Assembly: GCA_045127685.1 (NCBI GenBank) | Contig: JBGVQP010000043.1 | Span: 242 to 64,241 of the forward strand | DNA length: 64,000 nucleotides | Reading direction: 5' to 3' | Origin: Candidatus Cryptobacteroides sp. | GTDB lineage: Bacteria > Bacteroidota > Bacteroidia > Bacteroidales > UBA932 | Part shown: in pieces, positions 54,941 through 64,000 of the stretch | Position numbering within the stretch: the stretch's first letter is position 1 | How the letters are laid out: each line of letters starts with the position of its first letter | Made by a program: the position numbers and the translations under genes | Notes under the pieces: model-generated | Databases searched by the model: none | What the model was told of the DNA's origin: nothing | What the model saw: the letters and a program-made list of their open reading frames with translations, nothing else

Positions 54941-56169
54941 CTTGCCTGGTATTTTATATACTTTTTCAACTTAACCATCGCCATTCCCGCCTCAATCAGC
55001 AAGCCGGTGCCATGGATCTCACCGTCTACCTTGCGACGGTTACGATAGAAGTCCTTGTCTGAACCGATGCCGGTGCCGACGCAGACGTTCTTGAGTTCGT
55101 GTTTTTCGGATATTTGACCTGTGGTGAGCGCACCCCAGCCGTTGAGTGCGGATTGTGAGTATGAGGCATCTAACCATCCGTTCACTATCGCGTGAGCCAG
55201 GCAGTAAACAAATATCGCCGTACAGGAACTTTCCTTGTATGTCTGAGAATCGTCCAGGAGCTGGTGCCACATACCGTCGGAATCCTGATAACGGCAGATG
55301 CCTGATACATGATTGCGGAAAATCGGAAGTACTCTGTCCATCAAGGCTTTGTTATCCTTGATATAGTCCATCAGGGTAACCATGGCGAACATCATCCATC
55401 CGTTGCAACGGCCCCAGTGGGCTCCGACAACCGCACCTTTCTGCTGGTCCCAACCATGCCAATAAAGACCGTTATCCTTGTTGAGAAGATAACTATTAAA
55501 TAGTTCGACCTGCCTTACAGCATCTTCAATCATCTTCTTATCCTTCTTCCATGCTCCGTATTTTGACATGAAGGACAACCCCATATAAAGATCATCAGCC
55601 CAAAGCGTATGCTGGTTGGGCCAGGTTCTCACAAGGGTACCATCGGCAAGACGTGCCTGTCCGTTTCTTATGTGACCGGCGGCCTTGTCAATATATGGCA
55701 TATAGGATTTCTTCAGGTGGGGATATTTCTCGACAAGTCTTATCAAAGCCGCACACTCGGTACCGACATGGTCAAGTTCGCGGAATTTCCTGAGAAAATG
55801 GAACGGTCTATGGTCTTCCGCTGGGCCTTCTGCAAAGAACGGATATGATGCAAGGCAATAATCCGCCTGCTTACGTGCATATTCCGCATATCTGTCATCT
55901 GCTGTAAATTCGGAAAGATGCATCATCGCAGAGTTGAGGATGCCGGTACTGTAGTGCCAGTCCATGAACTTGCATCCGATCCTCACTTCCGCCCCCTCTT
56001 TTATGCTTTCCAGAGAAGTGTAGACCTCCTTTGTGGCACGGTCGACATACTCGATACGGTAGCTCTCAAGGACATTGTCCGCAATGTTCCGCACTAGCAG
56101 GCTGTCGTTGCCTGCAACCAGTGAAAAATAGGAAAATGACACAAGAATCAGTATGAAACATCTTTTCAT
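54937..56169 (-). CDS. GH88/GH105-family unsaturated uronyl hydrolase
   Basis: ORF trimmed to the ATG at 56169 (MKRCFILILVSFSYFSLVAG signal). (alpha/alpha)6 motifs LWADDLYMG, YWHGWD, HWGRCNGWMMFA and DSDGMWHQLLDD. 4-nt overlap with the next gene. Confidence 0.75.
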   Translation of the reverse strand: MKRCFILILVSFSYFSLVAGNDSLLVRNIADNVLESYRIEYVDRATKEVYTSLESIKEGAEVRIGCKFMDWHYSTGILNSAMMHLSEFTADDRYAEYARKQADYCLASYPFFAEGPAEDHRPFHFLRKFRELDHVGTECAALIRLVEKYPHLKKSYMPYIDKAAGHIRNGQARLADGTLVRTWPNQHTLWADDLYMGLSFMSKYGAWKKDKKMIEDAVRQVELFNSYLLNKDNGLYWHGWDQQKGAVVGAHWGRCNGWMMFAMVTLMDYIKDNKALMDRVLPIFRNHVSGICRYQDSDGMWHQLLDDSQTYKESSCTAIFVYCLAHAIVNGWLDASYSQSALNGWGALTTGQISEKHELKNVCVGTGIGSDKDFYRNRRKVDGEIHGTGLLIEAGMAMVKLKKYIKYQAR

Positions 56170-56331
56170 CGGACCATTTTTTATAATCACAAAGAAAACA
56201 CATATATATTGTATGGATTTATGCGAAATATTCATACATTTAAGAAATATATTCAAACAAGAAACGACACCGAAGGGTGCATTATTTGATAAATTATTAT
56301 GAATAAATTTGAAAAGTCTAAATATAGAACC

Positions 56332-59300
56332 ATGAGAAAGACGGTTTTCAGCCTTTGTTTTACACTTTTGACGACATTGTCCTTTGCGTTCGAGAAAGAC
56401 TTCGGCCACCTGAGCATTTCCGACGGTCTATCCCAGATGTCAGTGGTCTCGATCGCGCAGGACACTGACGGATACATGTGGTTCGGCACCCGCGACGGTC
56501 TGAACAGATACGACGGGAAGGAGTTCAAGATATTCAGAAATGACATCGAGGACACACTCTCCATAAGCGATAACTATATCAAGGTTCTGATAAAGGATCC
56601 CAAAGGTGGCTTATGGATTGGTACAGCAGGGGGACTGAACTACTATGACAGCATAAGCGAAAGTTTTACTAGATTTTTTATAAACCCCGGACAACGCACG
56701 GGAAACATCAACGAAATAAACAGTCTCTGCCTCTTGGAAGAAAATCTCTTGATAGGCACCTACCAAGGTCTATACATTCTTAAGGATAATGTAATAGAGA
56801 AATTTCCGGATTTTGACAACAGGGTGTATTCTACGATTGAAAAGGATGGAGAAGTATATATAGGCCATACAGCAGGTCTTTCTGTCTTGACAAAGGAGAT
56901 GAATATAAAGACTTTGATTGATGGAGAAAGTGTTAACCATATATACATTTCAAAGGCTGGCAATCTCTATGTGACATATGCCGATTACGGAGATTTCGCG
57001 AAGGTTGACATGCATACCGGAAAGACACAAAGATTTCACCTTTTCGGACAGCAGGGCAGGTCTGGACAACCTCTTATCAGATGCATTACAGAAAGCACTG
57101 ACGGCAGATCGCTTATATTCGGAACATACGATGGACTGCGCATCTATGAACTCGACTCAGGTAAAATCACTTCCATAAACCAAGGTAACGAGTTCGGTCA
57201 TGGTCTGTCGCATTATGCAGTTGAAAGCATATATTCAGACCGGGCTGGAACTCTTTGGGTTGGAACCTACGGCGGAGGCATCAATCATGCACACGATGTG
57301 TCGCCTCTTTTCCGCCATTATGCGGCTAATACCGATGAAATACAGTCTGGAGTACTCAGCAGCATCACAACCTCTCCCGACGGAAAGACACTGTGGATAG
57401 GTACAGACGCCGCCGGTGTAGTTGGATTCGACGTTGAAAAGGAAACCTTCCATACATACCCGAAATATTCGGATGACATGTACAAAGACAACAATGTCAA
57501 ATCGCTTCTATATGACGAAGGTATGCTCTATGCCGGTTTCTATACGGGAAAGTTAGGCGTCTTCGACACAAAAAGCGGAGCGTGGAGCAAAATCATTAAA
57601 GACGACAACAATTCGGCGATATATTCCATTATAAAGAACAATGGACAAATCATATTGGGCCGTTATTCTCAGTACGGGCTCAAGAAAATCAAGGGAGACA
57701 GGATTGTAAATATGGGACTGTCAACCGAAGATGGCAACATAGTGAATGTAAGTCAGATAACTACTCTCTGTTATGACAGGGACACTCTGTGGATTGGTAC
57801 CAGAAGCAAGGGTCTGTACAGGTATGTCCCAAACGGCAGACTTGACCATTTCAGCATAGACGGTTCTCTGAGTATTTCAGGCAACAGAATATCTACCGTT
57901 GTGAGGGACAGCCGGGGCAGAATATTCGTCGGTACGTCTGACGGAGGGTTGAACATATGGAAGAACGGATGTTTTACATGTATATCACATAAGGACGGGC
58001 TCGCTGACAACAGTATCTGCTCAGTGCAGGAGGATTATCAGAAAAGAATCTGGGTCATAACCCGTTCTGGAATATCTCTTCTCGGGGAAGATAATAGGGC
58101 TGTGCGTACATTCAACCATTCAGATGGTATACTCACTCATGAATTTTCTCCAAATTCCTGTACTATCACTCCTGAGGGCCATATCTGGATAGGCGGCGAT
58201 AATGCACTGCTGAAATTCATGCCAGAAAACATGAATATCAACAGTTATATTCCTCCTGTTGTCATCAACTCGGTTACAGTGAATGGAAAACACGTATCAA
58301 ACGGCAAGACGCCAGGACTTGTTCTAAATCATAGGGAGAACAGTCTTACTTTCCGATTCAGCTCCCTCAATTACATGTATCCTGAAAAGAACCGCTACTC
58401 ATATTTCCTTTCAGGTGCAGACAACCAGTGGCAGGAAGCTGGTGCCATAAATATGGTGAACTATACAAATCTTTCCCCAGGAACATATGAATTCATGGTC
58501 AAGGGCTCCAACAACGACGGAGTCTGGAACCCGGAACCTGCTGTATTCAGGTTTGAAATCCTTAAACCTGTCTGGACGAGATGGTGGGCTCTGTGCATAT
58601 ATCTTCTGGCTATCTGCATTATTGCATTTATCATTTTCAAGAGTGTATCCGACAAAAGGAAGATGCACCGCTCAATGATGGAAAAACAAAGGAATGAGGA
58701 ACAGTATAAGGCAAGGATAAGACTGTTCACTAATTTCGCACATGAACTGAGGACACCTCTGACACTGATAATATCCCCTCTTGAGGAAATTCTTTCTATA
58801 GACAATCCTCAACCTGTCACGCACAGCACGCTGCATCTGATCCACGACAATGCAAAAAGTTCTGCATATGGTCAACCAATTAATGGATCTTCGCAGCAAG
58901 GAAGAGGATAAGATGAAAGTTCGGGTGGCTGAAGGAGATATAGCCGGGTTTGCAAAAGAAATATTCATCGCGTTCAACCATCAGGCACAGCAGCGAGGCA
59001 TTTCTTATGAATTCGTATGCCGCGAAAAGCCTTCCGGGGTATGGTTTGACAGAAATCTGTTTGAGAAGGTGCTGATGAACCTGCTGTCAAACGCATTCAA
59101 GTTCACTCCTGATGGAGGAAAAATATCGCTTGATATATCGGAGAAAGACGATACTGTGACATTGAAAGTAAGCGACTCAGGTATCGGTATATCCGAATGT
59201 GATCTGGAAAACATATTTAATCCGTTCTATCGCACGGATGACGCCCATGACGGCTTTGAAGGATCTGGAGTGGGACTTTCACTTGTCAAAAGCATAATTG

Positions 59301-60277
59301 AGCTCCACCACGGAGATATCTATGCAGAATCGGCCAAAGGTCGTGGAACTACTTTCTACATTGTTCTACATAAAGGAAATGACAGATTCGGAGAAAGTGA
59401 GATTATACAAGGATATCAGGATAGTGAGACAATCGACAGATATGTGACTGGGGAAGAGATAAAGTATGTTCCAGCTGCTGCCAAGAGTTCCACTACGATT
59501 CTTGTTGTAGAAGATAACAAGGAACTTCGTAAATATATAGTCTCAGGATTGTCGAGATTTTATAATGTAGTAGAGGCTTCCAACGGATCAGAAGGCAGAC
59601 TCCAGGCTCTGGCCAATGCTCCATCTCTTATCATAAGCGACGTCATGATGCCTGTGATGGATGGTCTTAAGATGTGCGAAGAACTGAAGAATGACTCCAG
59701 AACCTCGCATATTCCTATAATACTTCTGACGGCCAGGCAGATGGTGATACAAATGAAGGAAGGACTTGAACTTGGTGCTGACGACTATATAACAAAGCCT
59801 TTCAACATGCAGTCTTTGATCTTGAAAGTCGGTAATATTATATCTTCACGAGAGAAACTCAAAGTTCTTTACGGTCAGACTGTTGCCGTAGAAAATCTCG
59901 GTCTTGAGATAAATGCCGCCATCTCGGACGAAAAGTTCCTCCAGCAGCTCAATGCGCACATAGACCAGTACATTTCGGATTCAGACCTCAATGCAGACGC
60001 CCTTTGCCACATTGTCGGGATGTCCAGAGCTACATTATACAGAAAGGTCGTGGCTGCTACGGGCTTGTCTCCTGCACGATATATACAGACAGTTCGCCTG
60101 AATATGGCTGCAAAAATGCTTGAAAATTCCGACATGAGCGTAACAGACATTGCCATCGCGACAGGCTTTTCAAGTATTGTGCATTTCTCTTCTTCGTTCA
60201 AGAAGAAGTACGGAGTATCGCCTACCCAATATGTTCATGAAAAATCTCAAGAGCAGAAAAATGAACATATTTATTAA
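56332..60277 (+). pseudogene. hybrid two-component system (HTCS) sensor/regulator, split by a frameshift at an A5 run (58854..58858)
   Basis: ORF A (to 58911) has periplasmic beta-propeller/Y_Y_Y repeats, a TM segment and the H-box FAHELRTPL. ORF B (58850..60277) continues in another frame with VLHMVNQLMDLRSKE, then HATPase (SDSGIGI, GSGVGLS), REC (ILVVEDN...DVMMPVMDG) and HTH_AraC. Removing one A restores ...IHDNAKVLHMVNQL... Confidence 0.8.
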
Positions 60278-60332
60278 ATCAATGAAATAATAAAGGAAAA
60301 CATAAGCATACATGAAATATATCTTTGCGGAT

Positions 60333-62633
60333 ATGAAGAAGATCGCATTAATATTGACCCTTTTGATTGGAACAACAGCATTCGGCAATGAGACCCCCGG
60401 ATTTGAATTCTGTATAAATGGGAAAATCTATACATCACAGGATCCTGTTTGGTCACATGCAGGAAGTTCCGAAAAAACGCTTTCCAACGGAGGCATAAGG
60501 ACAACGTTCCATATCAAGGGCACCAAGGCTCTCCGCGGCCTTGAAATATTCTGGGATAAGGAGACATTCGGTGATGATAAATTTGTCCGTGAGCGTCTCA
60601 GGATGCGTTCTTCAGAAGGACGTAAGTTCCGTCTTACCAACCTCAACGGAAAGAACCATTTCGTATTTCCGAAATATTCATTCAAATCTTCTTCCGCTCC
60701 TTCCGCTACTGAAATCCGCATAGGAACCTATGGCAAGGAAGTGCTTGAAGACCTCCATACAGGAGCTACCTACGATACCAGATCTTCACGCAACCTTGCT
60801 TCGTGCCATATGTTTCATCCGGAATACATCTCTCACAAAGCCGGATGTGAAGTCAAAGGCCCTTTCATGCTTGTGGAGTCTTCTGACCTCAAGATTCTCA
60901 CCTCATACGAACACGCATCTCAAGACAAGGTTTCTAAAAAGATGAACGATAACAATTTGTCAGAGAATATTGATGCAATGCAGGGTGTAGAAGGCAATCT
61001 GGAAAAAATCACCGACGACGATCTGTGGTTCATTTCTTCCAACATGGACTATACCGACGGCAATATTGTAATTTACAATAAGATTCGTCGCGGAGGATAT
61101 ATTGACGGAGAACTTATTCCTTCTGATTCATTCTATGAAACCGTATGGTCTACAATAAGTATTCTCCAAAATGATGAACCTTATGAAGAGGCTATACATG
61201 AATATCTTCTCAAAAGAATAACCGAAAACATACATTCACGTAAGCCTGATTTCTATTACAACACCTGGGGAATGCAGCGGGAAATGAATCCGCACATGAG
61301 GGAAACATTCACTGAAGAGAGAATAATGAAGGAGATTGAGATTGCAGGGAAAATGGGAATGGATATCTTCATTATGGATGACGGCTGGCAGCAGGCTTTC
61401 GGAGACTGGACAGCAAACAGAGAAAGGCTTCCGAACGGTATTAAACCGCTTGTGGACAAAATCAAGGGCTGCGGTATGATCCCCGGAATATGGCTTTCTC
61501 TTTTGGGAACAGACCCATCGGCTGATACTGCAAAGGAACATCCCGAATGGATTATTCTGGACAAGGATGGTGTCCCGGTAAGGGCCCAATGGAATCTTCC
61601 CGCTTTCGACCTTGTAGGGGGCTATTATGATGTGATTTTAGAAAGTCTTAAACGTCTGACAGATCAGGGAATACGTTTCTTCAAATGGGACGCGATAAAC
61701 ACCTTGAACAGTTATCAGCCCGGACTCGGTCATGGCTCGGAAGATGCATCAAGGAAGGAGCGCATCGACAGATACAATTATCTGCTTCCGTTCCGTGTCA
61801 CCTCGCTCATGAGGGAACTTCGTGAATATTGTCCGGATGTAGTGGTAGAAATAGACCTCACCGAGCCAGAAAGGGCACTTATAGGCCTTATGCCGCTTCA
61901 GGAAGGCAAGTTCTTCTGGATGAACAACGGAGCCTCGAATTACGGGGATTACAGCACCTACAGGGCAAAGAGCATGAGGAACAGCATCAATGCCACCTAC
62001 CGTATCCTTCCGTGCGAACTGCTTACCTATGCCTGCTATCCTTTCAACAGGTCGCCTTATTTTGCACAGAGGTATAATGTGAACACGATACTCCAATGTG
62101 GTCATGGCATATGGGGAGACCTTTCGGCCACTTCAAAGACAGAAAGAAAGTATATCGCATCACAGACTGCCAAGGCGAAGAGAGTGCTTGAGCACGTGGC
62201 AGGACAACAGTTGCAGGTTAAAGGCAAGATAGGTTCTGTTCCTGAAATATATATTCAGAGCGACTATGATGGAGGTTGGTCACTGATGACTGCTTTCAGC
62301 GGCGGCCCGGCAAGGCATACTGAAACAATAAAAGTGAATCCGGACAAGGTGTTAGGAGTCCTTAACCATGCATATTCCGTTGAAAAAGACGGCATAAATG
62401 TGAATATGGAATTCCCATGTGCAGATGAAAGCCGTGAGGTATTCGTACTCGGAAACGAAGGCTGCGGAGTACGAATCCTCTCATCCACGGGGTGGCTCGA
62501 CAAGATTTCATTGTCAGGAAAGACACTCAGCGTCCGTGCCGGCAGCGACACTGAAATCCTGCTGGACATCCAGGGTAAAAAGAAAGAGTCTCACCGCATT
62601 CCTGCCGGCAAGACTCTGAAAATTTCATATTAA
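60333..62633 (+). CDS. GH36-like alpha-galactosidase-family glycoside hydrolase
   Basis: ORF trimmed to the ATG at 60333 (MKKIALILTLLIGTTAFG signal). Clan-D motifs IFIMDDGWQQAFGDW and FFKWDAIN (KWD nucleophile region). Confidence 0.65.
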   Translation: MKKIALILTLLIGTTAFGNETPGFEFCINGKIYTSQDPVWSHAGSSEKTLSNGGIRTTFHIKGTKALRGLEIFWDKETFGDDKFVRERLRMRSSEGRKFRLTNLNGKNHFVFPKYSFKSSSAPSATEIRIGTYGKEVLEDLHTGATYDTRSSRNLASCHMFHPEYISHKAGCEVKGPFMLVESSDLKILTSYEHASQDKVSKKMNDNNLSENIDAMQGVEGNLEKITDDDLWFISSNMDYTDGNIVIYNKIRRGGYIDGELIPSDSFYETVWSTISILQNDEPYEEAIHEYLLKRITENIHSRKPDFYYNTWGMQREMNPHMRETFTEERIMKEIEIAGKMGMDIFIMDDGWQQAFGDWTANRERLPNGIKPLVDKIKGCGMIPGIWLSLLGTDPSADTAKEHPEWIILDKDGVPVRAQWNLPAFDLVGGYYDVILESLKRLTDQGIRFFKWDAINTLNSYQPGLGHGSEDASRKERIDRYNYLLPFRVTSLMRELREYCPDVVVEIDLTEPERALIGLMPLQEGKFFWMNNGASNYGDYSTYRAKSMRNSINATYRILPCELLTYACYPFNRSPYFAQRYNVNTILQCGHGIWGDLSATSKTERKYIASQTAKAKRVLEHVAGQQLQVKGKIGSVPEIYIQSDYDGGWSLMTAFSGGPARHTETIKVNPDKVLGVLNHAYSVEKDGINVNMEFPCADESREVFVLGNEGCGVRILSSTGWLDKISLSGKTLSVRAGSDTEILLDIQGKKKESHRIPAGKTLKISY

Positions 62634-63958
62634 AAGTCTCTTGACCTTCTCCTGTCGATCAGCATGTAGGCCGTTACGGAAACACCGACAATCAGACAGG
62701 CGAGGGAGAACCACAGGCCGTAACCGTTGCAGAAAATTATCGGTGCGAAGGTTATGAGGGCTATTTCTATCGGGGCTATAAGGATATATGCTATCGCATA
62801 ATGGTCCATGCATTTGCTTCGGGACTCAGGATCCGCAATCCTGAGCAGGGCCATTCCCATAGCCATGGTGCCTGTAAACCATCCCCATGAGAACATAGCC
62901 TTCTCGAACCAGTATTCCTTGAATATATGCTTTGCAGCAAGGAAGATATACAGTGCCGTAAACAGGAGTCCTGACACAAGCAATATCGTCAACGGAACGA
63001 TATACTGGCCGACAATTGAAAGTTTTATCGATGCTATTCCGAAAGCCACAAGATAGTCAGTGAACATGCCGCTGAGACTTGACATCGTCTGTGGACATAT
63101 ATAATCCTTGATGTTAGTGTATCTCCATAATGCCTTGATTATCATTCCGGCAATATAGGCACAGCTGAATACAGGCAGTTCGAGTCCCGGTGCCAGTCTG
63201 GCTCCGCCCCTGCTCAACAGATATCCGAAAAGCACTATAAGTGCCACCAACGACAGATGGAATGTAAGCGTAGATACAGATATGCCTGAAAAAACTTCTT
63301 CTCCTATGCTTCTGCGGTTATCCTTTGCCACAAGTCCCGTACGCAGTTCTTCCGGAAGTGTCTCCGCCTGTGTCAGGCATGAAGAATGACCACGTCTGGT
63401 ACCTATCCTGAGGAATATAAGACCGAGAATGATAGAACATATTATGCCGACGGTAGCAGCTGTCATGGCTAATGTCAGTACCTCATCCTGACCTAAACCG
63501 GAAAACGCATTTCCAAGGGCGGCAGCACTACCATGACCACCACAATATCCTGCCGGCATACTGATACCAAAAGAGTCATTAAGCGGCCATATCCGCCCCA
63601 GAACAAGTATTCCTATCAGTCCTCCGAAAGCCCACTGAAGAAGCATTCCTCCTTGAGAAAATCCCCACATCCTCTTGACTTTTCCAAACTCCCTCGAAGT
63701 TGAAGTAGAAGTAAAGGGAATAGATGCAAAGACAAAGGCTATAAGAATACCTGCATATGTGCCAAGATTACCAGATAAAGGTAGCCATCCGAGTACTTCC
63801 GGACCGAGGACAAGTCCTATTACTCCTGCAAGCACAGAAGGAGGTATAAGAAACTTCTGGACAATATTGAACTTGACCCTGATATATTTTCCCACCAGGA
63901 TAAGTGCGGAAATAATACCAAGGTCAATTATCATTGTCCATGGGGTAAATGTACCCAT
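62630..63958 (-). CDS. gltS: sodium/glutamate symporter (GltS/ESS family)
   Basis: 442 aa with about 12 TM segments. N-terminal IIDLGIISALILVGKYIRVKF..QKFLIPPSVLAG is typical of GltS. The stop overlaps the GH36-like stop in TTAA. Confidence 0.7.
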   Translation of the reverse strand: MGTFTPWTMIIDLGIISALILVGKYIRVKFNIVQKFLIPPSVLAGVIGLVLGPEVLGWLPLSGNLGTYAGILIAFVFASIPFTSTSTSREFGKVKRMWGFSQGGMLLQWAFGGLIGILVLGRIWPLNDSFGISMPAGYCGGHGSAAALGNAFSGLGQDEVLTLAMTAATVGIICSIILGLIFLRIGTRRGHSSCLTQAETLPEELRTGLVAKDNRRSIGEEVFSGISVSTLTFHLSLVALIVLFGYLLSRGGARLAPGLELPVFSCAYIAGMIIKALWRYTNIKDYICPQTMSSLSGMFTDYLVAFGIASIKLSIVGQYIVPLTILLVSGLLFTALYIFLAAKHIFKEYWFEKAMFSWGWFTGTMAMGMALLRIADPESRSKCMDHYAIAYILIAPIEIALITFAPIIFCNGYGLWFSLACLIVGVSVTAYMLIDRRRSRDF

Positions 63959-63960
63959 GT

Positions 63961-64000
63961 TTATTTAAGTTTCTTGAGGATGTTGCTGAGGTTAACCTCC
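63961..64000 (-). CDS. 3' end of an unidentified CDS (runs off the window)
   Basis: The reverse strand reads ...EVNLSNILKKLK then TAA at 63963..63961, 2 nt upstream of the gltS start. Too short to identify. Confidence 0.35.
   Translation of the reverse strand, partial: EVNLSNILKKLK

Overview
This 64-kb window looks like a Bacteroidales (Prevotella/Bacteroides-like) chromosome segment. The evidence is many TAnnTTTG -7 promoter boxes in front of genes, a SusC/SusD polysaccharide utilization locus (PUL) with a hybrid two-component regulator, and lipoproteins with acidic post-Cys export signals. Most of it is conserved housekeeping: the distal S10/spc ribosomal protein cluster (rplP to rplF), rsmA, pheS, a Ca2+ P-type ATPase, a ClpB-like chaperone, secG, an lptE-like gene, a sigma-54 activator, tRNA-Ser(GCT), nfeD-floA, secDF, dnaE and a thiL-like gene. 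Four things stand out. (1) At 3.7-5.4 kb a RAYT-like HUH/tyrosine (Y1) transposase gene sits between two very regular arrays of about 32-nt hairpin repeats with a 51-bp period and a 153-bp super-period. A third array of the same family lies upstream of dnaE at 35.3 kb. (2) This repeat locus sits exactly where the conserved ribosomal S10 operon is broken: rplP is the first gene, has its own promoter, and no rpsC lies upstream. (3) A PUL of about 22 kb (40.8-62.6 kb) carries GH115, a heparinase II/III-like lyase, GH88/105, two SGNH acetylesterases and a GH36-like enzyme. It contains three lipoproteins built from shuffled shared modules, including a FISUMP-like C-terminal module present twice. 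(4) The PUL's hybrid two-component regulator is split by a frameshift at an A5 run. Smaller oddities are a ClpB homolog lacking the N-terminal domain, a TerB-like orphan protein, a rubredoxin gene below the ORF-track length cutoff, and a structured inverted-repeat element of about 200 bp between convergent genes. All protein family calls come from motif recognition by eye; no database search was possible. Many ORF-track starts are non-ATG codons upstream of the real start, and I trimmed those.
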